NCBI RefSeq assembly: GCF_021028975.2
Contig: NC_059427.1
Coordinates: 8,246,001 to 8,310,000 of the forward strand
Length of the DNA: 64,000 nucleotides
From: Sphaerodactylus townsendi
Taxonomy: Eukaryota
Direction of reading: 5' to 3'
Shown here: positions 12,257 through 24,414 of the stretch, piece by piece
How the letters are laid out: each line of letters starts with the position of its first letter
Numbering within the stretch: position 1 is the first letter of the stretch
The notes under the pieces: model-generated
The model's input: only the letters and a program-made list of their open reading frames with translations
Told to the model about the DNA's origin: nothing
Database searches by the model: none
Position numbers and translations under genes: made by a program

Positions 12257-12822
12257 GGCCGTTTCCGCACGGCCTATTAATGGCGCCCTGGGAACAGGTG
12301 CTTGCCGTTCCCAGGGGAACCAATGCCTACAGCCCGGCCGCTTCTGCTAAGCAGCAGCATGTTCCGCGTCGCTCCCCCTCTCCCCAGAGGCGGTGTCGTC
12401 AGCCGCGCCCTGAAAATGTGCTTTAAAGGTTGTTTTCCGGCTGCGAAATGTCCCGGCGGTCTGAACAACACCGCCCGGGAACCGCCTGTCTCCTTTTTCG
12501 ATGTTAAACTCTGTCCCGTGGAAGTGACCTGCTGGCCGTCCAGAAGCCTTCGCTTCACGCTGTCCTCCAGGCCCCACCTGGAGGTGAGGAGGGGCAGCGT
12601 GAAGCGGGCAGCGACCTGCAGCAGGCTGACAACGAGGACTGCAGTGAGTCGAGAGAGCGAGAGAAAGGGAAGAAGCGGCTCGTTCGCGGAGTCAGCATCG
12701 CCGCCTACGTCGATCCTCTGGAGGCCAGTCCACATGCTTCCATCTGAAGTTTCCTCCCGCCTCCATCGCCCGGCAAAGAATTCTGCGGTGGGGCACTCTC
12801 CATGGGCCGTGCGGAAACGGCC
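12257..12822. mobile_element. CpG-rich non-autonomous DNA transposon, PIF/Harbinger-like
   Basis: Perfect 18-19 bp TIR GGCCGTTTCCGCACGGCC / GGCCGTGCGGAAACGGCC, similar to the TIR of the Harbinger-like MITE at 36445; TSD not preserved. Confidence 0.7.
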
Positions 12823-14424
12823 ATTGATTATGATGCTGTTTTCCTGAGGCAGGGACTTTTTAAACCAGGAAAATACTCCATAAATTCCTCCCTCACCTGC
12901 GGTCTGAAGTGAATCTGTCTTGAGCCCACATTTAGGGAAAGGAGGCATAAAGAACACAGCAATTAAAGTGAGCCAGCCCAATCCTCCATTAGGTTTTAAT
13001 GGGATTTCATCCCCATTTGTTAGCCGCCCTGAGACTATAGTATAGGGCGGGGTGTAAGTTGAACGAACGAACGAACGAACGAATGAATGCTCCATATTGC
13101 CACCTCCTGCTCTTACATGTGCAAACCAGGCCTGAGATTGTGATTTATAGATGTGCTGATCAGGGAGGGCATCTCTTATCTTGTGCCCACAATAGCAGAC
13201 CTTGAAGAAGTCCTGCAACTCTGGTTATGAAACTCTGGAAGCCAAGAGGAGACACTCCCCTTCTAGGGTTGCCAGCCTCAAGGTGGTGCCTGAATGTCTC
13301 CTGGAATCACCACTGATCTCCAGACTACAGAAATCAGCCCTCCTAGAGAAAATGGCTGCTTCGGATGGTGGGCCCAGCTGAGGTCCCCCCCAAACCAAAC
13401 CCTCCTCTCCCCAACCTCCACCCCCAAATCTCCAGGAAGTTTCCAGCTTGGAGATGCCAACGCTACCCCTTCCTACATGCCCAGTGGAGTAAAAGAGCAG
13501 TTCACAACTCAGAAGAGAGGGACAAAGATGTCCAAACAAAAAATGAACACTTGGGGAGGGGGCCTTCCTCCAACACACACACCCACACCCATCAAGGGGC
13601 AAATTTGATGTCCCTGGGAAGTCTGACATGAAAGGAGCTGAAGGGGAAGGAAGAGACGACCTCCTGGGGCTAGGCTGAAAAGCAGGGGTAGGGGCAGGAG
13701 TTTTGGGGGAGGGCTTTCCTTTGCTCCCTCCCCCAAATCCTCTGCTCCTTCTGCCCCCCAGCCTTGGCCCGTCGCCCCCTCCCCAGTCTAAAGAAGTAAA
13801 CAAGTCCTTTACTCTCCAGGTCTTCCGCGGATCTTTATTCGCCAGCTATTTTTTTAAGGAATTTGCTTGGCTTTGCTGATGCAGGGCAAGGAACACGTGG
13901 TGGGAGGCGGCTCCTGAGGGGGGGGGGCTCTCTCCCCCACACCCCCTCTTCCCTCTCTGCTCTCTTGCATTTGAGCCTTCCCCGCACTTCATTTTATTTT
14001 TAACATTATTTTCCCCCCAGCCCCTCTGAGCTCACCAGATCCTCAGCCATTCAAGCCGCAGCTAGAGAGAGAGCAGGAACGGCCGCCGCGCCCCCCTCCC
14101 AGTGCCTTTCTAGGACTTCGGACTCTCCCACTTTAATCTTTAGAGGCGGTCTCACCCATGCAATGAAGCTGCTACGAAAACAACCCCGCCGCCTCCGAGG
14201 TTGCCATCTCCAGGGCAGGACGTTCCTGGGGATTTGAGAATGAAGCCTGGGGAGGGCAAACTAGGGGACGAGAGAGAGAGCTCAGTAGGGAAGGGATGTG
14301 GTGTCTCAAGAGTCCACCCTCCAAAGCGTTCATTTTCTCCATCTCTGTAGTTATATAGGATTCCTGGGGTCAAGAGCTGCCTGGTTTCCTTCCAAGAGAC
14401 TTTATAAGCAATCGCAGCCACAAC

Positions 14425-14561
14425 AAATTAAGTGCTGTACCTTATGATTCTTGACAAATGTATTTTTCTTTTATGTACACTGAGAGCATATGCACCGGAG
14501 ACAAATTCCTTGTGTGTCCAATCACACTTGGCCAATAAAGATTCTATTCTATTCTATTCTA
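14425..14561 (+). mobile_element. 3' end of a LINE (Rex1/Babar-like)
   Basis: gacaaattccttgtgtgtccaatcacacttggccaataaag followed by an (ATTCT)n tail. Confidence 0.55.
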
Positions 14562-15899
14562 GTGTTGGGAATCTCATGTCATGCTACAGACAGAACTTTG
14601 GAAAGAAGGGTTTATTGGACTTAACTATAAAGGAGAGTCTAGTGTTACCCAGAAGAGATCAGTACAAACAATATTGGGAAACTGACTTGGTCTTTCTTCA
14701 GTTCTGTGACTTGGGTTGATTCAGAGAAGCTTCATATTTCATTTATCATTATTGGTTGATTTCACAGCTGCCAGTTCTTTAGCTGGTTGTTGGCCTTCAT
14801 TGCATAGTTAGGATGGTTGTCACTCTTCTGGCTTTCTGCAAACTATGCATAACAGGAATTATTCAGGTGGGTTCTTTTACAGATAATAAGGCCAATTCCA
14901 GAACAAAATGGTTCAGAAAGTTATCTGGACAATAGGTGAGGACTGTGGCCTGTTACAGTGCATAGTTCATACTACCTGTTGCTGTAAGTATACTACTATG
15001 TAATTTTTGCTTTACAATAAATCACGTTAAAACTTATGCATTGCTCCATTTCTAATTTCAATTTTTCTGACAGGTTCCAGATTACTGTAAAGTATATCCT
15101 GTAGCATTGTTCTACTGAATGTCCCATCCTGATGTCTGTATTGACTTACTGTGTGTAATCTGTCTTGAGTCCAAGTGAGGAAGGTGCACAATAAATAAAA
15201 TAAAAAATCATGGCTAAAGCTCTTTCCACAACTAGAGTATATATACCACTTCCTCCTTTTTTAAATTTAGGTTTTTATTAATATTTAAAAACCCAGAACT
15301 TACAAACGACAAGCTTTCAAACTACAGATTTCAAATCTGATTACAACACAGTGTAAATTAATATTATTTCCATAGATTTTCTCTAAATACTTCATAACAA
15401 AATGGACCTCAATTATTCATTCCAGCCGTTCTGAAGGGATGCAAGCCTAATAATTAAATAAATGCCTCTGCTTTATAACCCATTCATTAATTTCCAGGAT
15501 CTCTTTTCATTTCTAATATCTCACAAATACAAACCTTGTTGCCGTGATCAAATTCAATGGAATGGTTTCCAATTTTTCTGGAAACATGGTAACTTAATAG
15601 CATAATTTCAGGAGCATGTTTCTCTATCCAAACCAAAACTTTACAAAAGTACTATTCTATTCCCATACATAATTGCCCTTTGGCAAAGCTACCACACGTG
15701 AATAAAAATCTACTTGTACAGAATGTCAATATTAGCTGATACCTGAGAAGGAATTCTATATTTTAGCTATCAGTTTCAGAGTCATATAAAACTGATGAAT
15801 CATTTTGTGTAATTTTTCTTTGAAATCCAAACAGATGGAAAATGATCCGAAAGACAGTGAATATTCCTGACATTTCCTGCTACTTAATAACCTAAAACA

Positions 15900-16055
15900 T
15901 GGATGGCCCAGGACAGCCAATCTTGTCAGATCTCGGAAGTTAAGCAGCATTGGCCCTAGTTTGTACTTAAATAGGAGACCTCCAAGGAATACCAGGGTTA
16001 TTACACAGGGGCAGACAATAGCAAACTACTGAATGACTCTTGGTTTGAAAACCCT
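15900..16055 (+). mobile_element. 5S rRNA-derived SINE head with a non-5S tail
   Basis: ccaatcttgtcagatctcggaagttaagcag...gtacttaaataggagacctccaaggaatacc is a degenerate match to the 5S internal control region. Confidence 0.65.
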
Positions 16056-16059
16056 ACTG

Positions 16060-16235
16060 GTAAAGGAAAAGGTAGTTTCTTGTGCAAACACTGAGTGATC
16101 ACTGACCCATTGGGTGAAGTCACATCATGACATTTACTAGGCAGACTATATTTATGGAGTGGTTTGCCATTGCCTTCCCCAGTTGTCTGCACTTTACCCC
16201 CACTAAGCTAGGTATACGTTTTAACAGCCTAAGAA
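16060..16235 (-). mobile_element. Sauria SINE (Squam1-like) fragment
   Basis: ggtaaaggaaaaggtag...gtggtttgccattgccttcccc motif typical of Sauria SINE/BovB-related tails. Confidence 0.6.
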
Positions 16236-19125
16236 GCCTAATGGCCAGTATATGCAACAATTTGCACAGAGAGTCTGGAGAAAACATACCTTTGAGGCTG
16301 TATCTGTAAATTTTTATTGTTAATTACAAAAGGAACATTCATTAGCACGTAAGTAACTTTTTGGTATTATCATCATTTTAATGGCATTAATGTGGCCTAG
16401 AGTAAAACAACAATTTTTCCATAAGGAAAGTTTCTAATGTTACGTATTGCTGGTTTTAAGTTATCTTCTAAATTCCTACTGAATTTCTAAAGTATTTGAG
16501 TTGTCATGACTACTCTCTATACCTAGGTGTGTGTGGAAACTGCCATAAAGTCGCTTTCAACTCATGGCAACCCTATGAATCAATGTCCTCCAAAATGTTC
16601 TATCATTAACAGCCTTGCTCCAGTCTTGCAAACCTAGAGCAATGGCTTTCTCTATAGAGTCAATCAATCTCTTACAATCTCTAGATAAATCTCTAGGTAA
16701 GTATTTTTCCAATAACTGACTTACCTAGCGAACCTTACATAAGGTTTCCCAAGCAACATGACATATTTGGAGGGTGGGCTCTTTGCCACTTTGGCTCCAC
16801 CTGCCTCTACCATTTTGGACAAAGAGAGTTTGAGGAGAACATCGTAACTTCGGTCCAAAAGTCACCCAGTGCTATGACTTCATATGGAGGAGTGGGAATT
16901 GAACCCAGTTCTCCAGATTAGAGTCTGCCACTCTCAACAACTGTACCACACTAGTTCACAACGATATATATATATATATGAATATATTTAAATACAAAAT
17001 TAAAAGCATATAGTTAACACTGTAGAACCTAGTCTAAACTAATACACTATATACAAAGGGCATCTTAAACTACACTGTTACTCCGTGGGGAGAGAGAATT
17101 CCTACAAGGTGAGTATGGGCCAATGAAGAGACAATGAAGAGGCCAAATGAATGACAATGAAGAGGCCAATAGCCAGCAGAGGTTTCATTATTTCAGCAGC
17201 AGTCTCATTACAGAGTGTCAAAAGGAAAAGAAAAAGGGAGAGGAAGGGGAAAAGGAAGGGGAAACTATCTTTTTAATCCAGTTTGAACTATCGAAACTTG
17301 AGAAAGCATCATTGAAAGGTGTGGCTACAGTTCTTTCTAGAATCCGATACAAGTGAAAAGGAATCAAGGATAAAATGCAGCTGAGCTCTAGATTCACCAT
17401 ATCAGTTAAGAAGATGACAATGTCGTCTGCATAAGCATCAATTTAATGTGTACATTATCTAGTTTTAGACCCAATACCGAGTCAGGATTTCATACTGCTA
17501 ATAGGTTTTATCAATAAATTAAATAATGAGACTGAACTCGATTTATGAGAATTTGGTTTGGTAAGACATCACAGATAGATAAATGTGCTCTGAAAGTTGC
17601 ATAAACAAATGCTGCCTTAACCTGTTCCCAGAACCCAAAAGCTGGCAGGCACTTCAAAACTGCTTTGATCCACTTTTATTTTTCTGCATTTATTTTTAAC
17701 CAGTTCAGCAAGACAGTGGTAAGGAAGTGCTCACACTAGTAGGATCTTCACTAGGCTATGGTATAACTACTGGACTCTGACCAAGACGTTGGTAATATAT
17801 AAAGTATAAATCTAGTTTATTGCAGCAAGGAATTGATTTGCAACTATTTCCATGAACTGCTGGTAAAACTCTGGTGTAATATCATCAAGCCTCAAAGATT
17901 TGTGCTTTAAATATATTTAATTGCTTCCTGAATTTCCTGTATACTGATGAGATAATCTTTCTTTTCTCTTATTCTAACAATGTAAGGATGTTCCTTTTTG
18001 TAACAAATTCATTAATTTGGCTCAAATTAAGATTCTGGAAGGAGTACAAATTAGCACAAAACCCACCAAACTCTGCTAAAATTTGTTAAGTACTTTCTCA
18101 TCTTTTATGGCAATAATTGTACTCACTTCCCTACTTTTACTCAGTTCACAGGCCACACACTTAATTGCCTGATTCAAAGAACTGCTGACAAGCAAATACT
18201 GAAGTTTATTTTCTTAATTTCCAACTCTCTTAAGGCTTTCTTTACATCCTTTATTCATATATCTAATTCGCAGCTGTGCTTCCTATCTTCAGATACTTAA
18301 ATCTGCAGATAGAGGGCACACTTACCCCAAATACAATTTCTTCAAACTTGGGGTACTCCCAAACTTTGCTGAAAACTTTTTTAAAAATCTGTGGGTAAAC
18401 CCCCCCTCCCAATAAAAAAGCTGTGCTCATGCAGAGAATGCTCCTATCTCAGGCTTCTGACTAATTCTGGGAGCTGCACTGCGACCAACAGCAGCCTCAG
18501 AGAACCTACCTGGAGCAGTCCTTGTGAGCTGCTAACACAGGGAGAGAGAGTGAGCAGGAAGCCTTGGCAAGCCTGCCTGGAGCAGTCCAGTCAAGTTGCA
18601 GAGGGTGGGTGGGAAGGAAGCTAAAGTGCATCTGTCTGGAGCAATCCAGGCAAGCTGTTGTGGGGTGGGGACCCTCAGCATGCCTGCCTGGACTGCTCTG
18701 AGTGAGCCACTGATAGCAGGGCTGTAGGAAGGGAAGGCTTGGCATGCTTCTCTGGACTGCTTTGGACAAGCTCTCAAGAGCAGGGCAGGGAGGGAAGCCT
18801 GCAAAGAAAGTTGATGGAAGTGAGGAGAGGAAGAAAGGAGGGCAAAAAAATGGAGTGGCTGATTCTGCAAATTTCTTGTGGGTCCCCAGGTCTGAGAACT
18901 TTGATATTTTTTGTGTTTAGGCTCAAATTCTTTGAATTGTTCTAAATAACTTTGTCTTTCTTCTTTGCCCTATTCAGATCTACAGCCGCACTAATGGCTT
19001 ATTTTCCCCCTATTTCTATGGTTGGGGTCAGATTTCTATTAACATAAAGAGTTAATAACGTTTCAACCCTCAGTGGACTTTTTGAGTCTTTGTGAAATAT
19101 GAGAAAAGCTCTTGTCACAGTCAGG

Positions 19126-20702
19126 TTACATGGTTTCTCTTATGGATTCACTGATGTTGCTGAAAGCAGAATCTGCGAGTGAAATTCTTTCTACACTCTG
19201 AACAGTTAAAAGGTTTCTCTCTGTGTGGGTTCGTAGATGCCGTTGAAGATTGCAACTCCTATTGAATTTCTTTCCACAATCTGAGCATTCAAAAGGCTTC
19301 TCCCCTGTGTGTGTTCTTTGATGCCGTTGAAGATAGCCACTCCAGTTGAAACTCATTCCACATTCTGAGCATTCAAAAGGTTTTTCCCCTGTGTGGTTTC
19401 TTATATGTTGTTGAAGATGGAAACTCCTACTGAATCTCTTTCCACACTCAGAGCATTCAAAAGGTTTCTCCCCTCTGTGGGTTTTTAGATGCTGTTGAAG
19501 GTTGCCACTCTGGCTGAATTTCTTTCCACATTCTGAGCATTCGAAAGGTTTCTCCCCTGTGTGGGTTCTTAGATGCTGTTGAAGATGGAAACTCCTACTA
19601 CATTTCTTTCCACACACTGGGCATTCAAAAGGTTTTTCCCCTCTGTGGGTTCTGTAATGATTTATAAGATTGCCATTCTGACTGAATTTCTTGCCACACT
19701 CTGAGCATTCAAAAGGTTTCTCCCCTGTGTGAGTTCTTAGATGTTGTTGAAGATGGAAACTCCTAGTGCATTTCTTTCCACACTCTAAGCATTCAAAGGG
19801 TTTCTCCCCTGTGTGGGTTCTCTGATGATGCTGAAGATGGCAACTTCTAAGGAATTTCTTTCCACATTCTGTGCATTCAAAAGTTTTTTCTCCTGTGTGG
19901 ATTCTTTCATGCCGTTGAAGACTGATACTGTGACTGAATCTCTTTCCACACTCTGCGCATTCAAATGGTTTCTCCCCTGTGTGGATTCTCTGATGCTGTT
20001 GAAGAGTGACACACTGACCAAATCTCTTTCCACACTCTGAGCATTCAAAAGGTTTCTCCCCTGTGTGGGTTCTCTGATGCTGTTGAAGACAGAAATTCCT
20101 ACTGAATTTCTTTCCACACTCTGAGCATTCAAAAGGTTTTTCCCCTGTGTGGGTTCTTCGGTGCAAAAGAAGTGCTGATCTGTACTTGAAGTATTTTCCA
20201 CACAGAAAGCACTTATGTGCAAAGAAACTCTTTCCACTCTCTGAGCAGATAAATAGTTGCCCTTCTGAATGAACTTTTTGGTGCTGAATAAGGCTTGTTT
20301 TCTCTGGGAACTTCCTGCCACAGTCTGAGCAGCTATACACTTTCTCTGATATATGGATTCTTTGGTGTCTAATGAGCTCTTCTCCACAATGGAAGCTCTT
20401 TCCACACTGCAGGCATTTATGGACCTGGTTTCCAGGGTGCTCCCCCAAATGTATATTATACTGAGTTCGATCTGAAAAGTTCAGTCCACACTCCAACCAT
20501 TTGCTTGTTTCCTCCGTCTTTGGAATTACTTCATGGAAATAATCGACTTGGCAAGGAATGGGTTCAATCTTTATCTTCTCTACATGGTTTCCCTCCAGCC
20601 TCTCTGAACCATCTTGATCACTGAAGTGACATTCGGATTCCTGTTTCACATCTTTCTCCAGTGTGAATGTCTGGAATTCCCCAACTGTCTCCTCGACATC
20701 TC
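19126..20702 (-). CDS. SCAN-KRAB-ZNF gene 2, terminal exon with 14 intact C2H2 fingers plus degenerate ones
   Basis: Repeated [10 protein letters not shown]...[10 protein letters not shown]; acceptor ctttgctcctgcag| at 20703, phase 1; the last finger is lost to a frameshift. Confidence 0.92.
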
Positions 20703-21382
20703 CTGCAGGAGCAAAGAAAGAGGTCCAATCACCACCTACACAAGAAACCAAACCCCCCAATCAGGCACTCCTGATCAAACGTTGGGCATCTCCTGACTGT
20801 TAGAATTTTGGAGAGAAAAAGATCTCCTCAGGGTACAAGGCAGTGGGAAAGCTTAAGGGCACCAATGTCCCAACCACCCTCTCATCATATGAGGCTTTAA
20901 GAAATACGTCCATACAAGAAATCTTGCAGCAATACACATTTGCCTCCATTGCACAGCAGATGTCTTGTATGTCATTGGCCAATATGTACTTTAAGGGGGG
21001 GAAAGTGGCAAGGAGCCATTCCCCACCCTTCACATGTGATTTGCTGTGAAGGTCATTTGATGATTCAATACATAAAGTTATCATAATTTTTACTCCTGCA
21101 ATCATACATAAAGTTTCCTTCCAGGTGTGATGAGAGTGAAGAGGCCTCCCAAAATACATGTTTGCCTGGACCTCCACAAGTCAACACTACACTTTGAAGT
21201 GAACTCCCATGGTTTTTAGAAGTGATGATAGTTGCTGCAGAGAGGGGAGGCCTGGAAGCATGTAGTGACCACTGGAGGAAAGGGCTGACAGGCCTTTGAC
21301 TCATCCAGCAAAGGTATTCTTAAATAAATTCCCCACTTTTCCCTGGAATGTCCAGTATTTAAGGATACTGCAGCCCCTAAAG

Positions 21383-21853
21383 CAGTGATGGCGAACCTAT
21401 GGCACAGGTGCCAGAGGTGGCACTCGCAGCCCTCTCTGTGGGCACACTCACACAGAGTTCGTCATGTGGGGGACAGAAAATCACCCCCCCACACACACAC
21501 ACATCTAGGTTGGCCTGGGCCACTGAGCATGATGTGCGCACACCGCGGTGAGCAGGGAGGACTCAGCTGGCGGGCCTGGTGACTGTGCTCTGGGTGGTTG
21601 CTGCCTGAAGGGGGGGGGAAAGGAAGCAGAGATGCTAGAGAAGCACAGAGCGGTGCGCATGGGACATTCTGGAGGCTAGAGCAGGCTGGCCCCTGGTCGA
21701 GCAGGTGGGGCAGAGGAAGAGGGAGCCAACCGGTTTTTTCTAAACTAAAACATCAGCATTCAGGTTAACTTGCCGGGTTGGCACTTTGCGATAAATAAGT
21801 GGGGTTTGGGTTGCAATTTGGGCACTCAGTCTCAAAAAGGTTCGCCATCACTG
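21383..21853 (+). mobile_element. hAT MITE, TIR CAGTGATGGCGAACCT
   Basis: Perfect 16-bp TIRs; 8-bp TSD CCCTAAAG on both sides. Confidence 0.92.
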
Positions 21854-22054
21854 CCCTAAAGGAACTAAATGGATCACAACTGAGCTCATCCTCAGAGGGA
21901 GCTTCCAAGTCTCCAGATCCCAAGTCACAAAAAGCCTCTTTCCCTCCTTGACCAGCAGGCTTTATAATTCTACCAAAACAGAGTTGCTAAGAAGTCCAGC
22001 AGAAAACCTCTATGGCTGTTCCTTGCTCTTAACATACCCATGAAGGATACTCAC

Positions 22055-22177
22055 TCTCAGCCAGCTCACTTGGGAAGGAAGTACTCTCTTGAGATCCTCT
22101 TGAGAAACTCTCCAGCCCTTCTTCAGAAGCAAGGCCTTTATCTGCCTCCAATATAGTTTCTCTTACATTCCTGGATG
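22055..22177 (-). CDS. Gene 2 internal exon (123 bp, phase 1-1; ASRNVRETILEADKGLASEEGLESFSRGSQESTSFPSELAE)
   Basis: ctctgtctcccaaag| acceptor, |gtgagt donor, open frame compatible with the neighbouring exons. Confidence 0.55.
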
Positions 22178-22269
22178 CTTTGGGAGACAGAGATGGAGAG
22201 AGTGTGGGAAGGAGACATATACAAATAATTTATTTGTCTCCCTCTAAGGCCACGACACCCATCCTGGCT

Positions 22270-23915
22270 CTCATTTATTTATTTTATTAGGTTTACTACC
22301 CTGTCCTTTCCCAACCAAAGCCCAGGCTCACGGCGGCAAACACACATTATTAAATGAACAACAAACCAATATCAAATTCAAACAATTGTCAATAATACTA
22401 AGCAATAAAACACTAAACAATAATCTCCTCAATGTTGGCAACTAATAAATTTAGATCACCAGTAGGGTACCAATAAGGGCCCCCACATAGCTTTAAAATT
22501 CTTTCATCCCCCACCCCATAATTAAATTTATGGCGGGGGGGACGGATAAAGAGGCCAATAAGGTGGAAAGGACCATGGCTGTCTCAACTGATGGCCTGAC
22601 GGAACATCTCTGTCTTACAGGCCCTGTGTAGCTAAGATCCCAGAGAACCCTGGTCTCAGATGATAGGGAGGTTCCACCAGACCAGGGCCAGAGCAGAAAA
22701 GGCCCTGGCTGATGCTAGACAGACATCCTTGGGGCCAGGAACCACCAGGAGGTTACTATTGGTAGAGCATAGTACCCTCCAGGGGAAATATGAGGAGAAG
22801 CGGTCCTGAAGATACGAAGATTCCAGATCACTCAAAACCTTGAAGGTTAACACCAAAATCTTCACCGTGACCTGGAATTCAACTGGTAGTCAGTACAGTT
22901 GGCAGAGCACAGGTCAAATGTCCATTCTTACCAGAATCTCAGTAAGAACCCTCACTGCTGCTTTCTGGACTAACTGTAATTTCTGGAGCAGTCTCAAGGG
23001 CAGGCCAGTGTAGAGTGAGTTACAGTAATCCAGCCAGGAGGTGACCATTGCATGAATTATTGTGGCAAGGTCTGAATGGGACAGGTAGGGGGCCAACTGT
23101 CTGGCCTGGCAGAGATGGCCATGTGAGACCTGGGCCTCCACAGAAAGGGAGGGCTCCAGGCTTTTAATGGAGGAGGCAGGTATTAAAGCTACTCCACCAA
23201 ATTCTGGAAATTGGAACCCTGCCCCCACTCCCACCACAGGCTCTCCATGTTTGATGGACTAAGTTTCAACTTGCTCTTTCTCAACCACACTGCCATGGCG
23301 TCCAGACACTTAGCCAAACTATCATGGGCGGTGGCCAGTTGGACCTCCATTAGCAGAAAAGGCCGGGTGTCATCAGCATGGCAACCCAGCCCAAAGCTCT
23401 GCACCAGCTGAGCCAGGGGGTCGCATATAGGCGTTAAATAACATTGGAGAGGGGACTGGCCCTTGTTGCAGTCTGCGAAGCAAAGGGCACCACTCGGCCA
23501 TCCTCTCCCCAAGTGCTACCCACTGTCCCCGATCCTGGAGAAATGAGGCCAACCTCTCTAAGGTTGTGCCCCAAATCCCAGAAATGGTGAAGCAGAGGGT
23601 CAAAAGATCGTACTCGACCATGTCAAATGCTGCTGTGCGGTCTAAAAGCAACAGCAGTACTGGCCTGCCTCGACCCATCTGGAGATGGAGCTCATCCATG
23701 ATGGTGACCAGCAAAGTCTGTGTGCCATGGCCAGGCTGAAAGCCAGACTGGTATGAGTGCAGAGCCACAGTAACATCCAAAAACACCTGCAGTTGTTCTG
23801 CCAACACCCCCTCAACTACCTTGCCCAGAGACGATAAATTCAAGCTGGCCACAACACTGGCCACATTTGCCCCGGCTCTGGCCACATGGTCACTCCACAT
23901 GGCTTCCACTGCCAC
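22270..23915 (-). mobile_element. Degraded L2-clade LINE (RT and 3' end)
   Basis: YQSGFQPGHGTQT, LLLLDRTAAFDMV, HADDT and SWLDYCNSLYTGLP motifs across frameshifted ORFs. Confidence 0.8.
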
Positions 23916-24037
23916 CCCAACTCCTGGGTGAGCACAGAAGCAAACCTCCCAATGATGTACTGCAGTTTAATATTTTGATTCAAGCATCATCCCAATGGCA
24001 GCGATTTGTAAATTTGGCACCTATGAAAGATGCTTAC

Positions 24038-24164
24038 CCACAAAGGCCACACTCTCATAGTTGTCCAGCATGACTTCAGCATAGAGAACTTTTTGGTCCC
24101 GATCCAGCAGGGCCCACTCAGCATCGGTGAAATACACTGTAACATCCTCAAAGGAAAATGGACA
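24038..24164 (-). CDS. Gene 2 KRAB-A exon (CPFSFEDVTVYFTDAEWALLDRDQKVLYAEVMLDNYESVAFV)
   Basis: Canonical KRAB-A motif; canonical 127-bp length; tttcag| acceptor and |gtaagc donor. Confidence 0.92.
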
Positions 24165-24343
24165 CTGAAAGAAAAAGCAGATTCCCTCTTCAGAGCTCGT
24201 ACCAGGCAGAGACTGCACACTGGAAGGGGGTATTCTGGAAGGATGTAGTGTTCACAGCCTCTCTCACTGTGCAGCAACAGCAGGAATGAAAGCCCCCTGA
24301 GAAAGATGGAGGATTCAGGCTTTCCCCCACTCATCTCCCCTAC

Positions 24344-24414
24344 CTGGGCCACAGGTACAGCTGCCATTTCCACTTCTCCGCAAAGACGGTAGCTCGACAA
24401 TGTCTCTCTACTAC
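24344..24414 (-). CDS. Gene 2 linker exon (GSRETLSSYRLCGEVEMAAVPVAQ)
   Basis: cccccttgcag| acceptor, |gtagg donor; phases 1 and 0 fit the flanking exons. Confidence 0.7.

Larger units (their letters stand above)
15250..18290 (-). mobile_element. Degraded L1/Tx1-clade ORF2 remnants, interrupted by SINEs
   Basis: Minus-strand RT motif DAYADD near 17420-17440 and GLDDITPEFYQQ (L1 'PGPDGF..EFY' motif) near 17860-17890; A-rich sense strand. Confidence 0.55.

Noticed and set aside
12277-13218. 313-aa and 181-aa ORFs; an RRSPSPQRR peptide in another frame resembling a hepadnavirus core tail
   Set aside because: The ORFs run across a TIR element boundary (the longer one also across a microsatellite), frames are not conserved in the sibling copy at 7842-8301, and no polymerase or capsid motifs are nearby. 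A GC-rich chance match.
14577-15072. Possible solo LTR (TGTCA...TGACA with AATAAA)
   Set aside because: No target-site duplication could be found; boundaries unsupported.
15900-16000. 5S rRNA gene
   Set aside because: Too diverged, lacks proper 5S ends and runs into a SINE tail.
9747-20702. CRISPR-like regular arrays
   Set aside because: The 84-bp periodicity is C2H2 finger coding sequence in a vertebrate genome; there are no cas genes or repeat-spacer structure.
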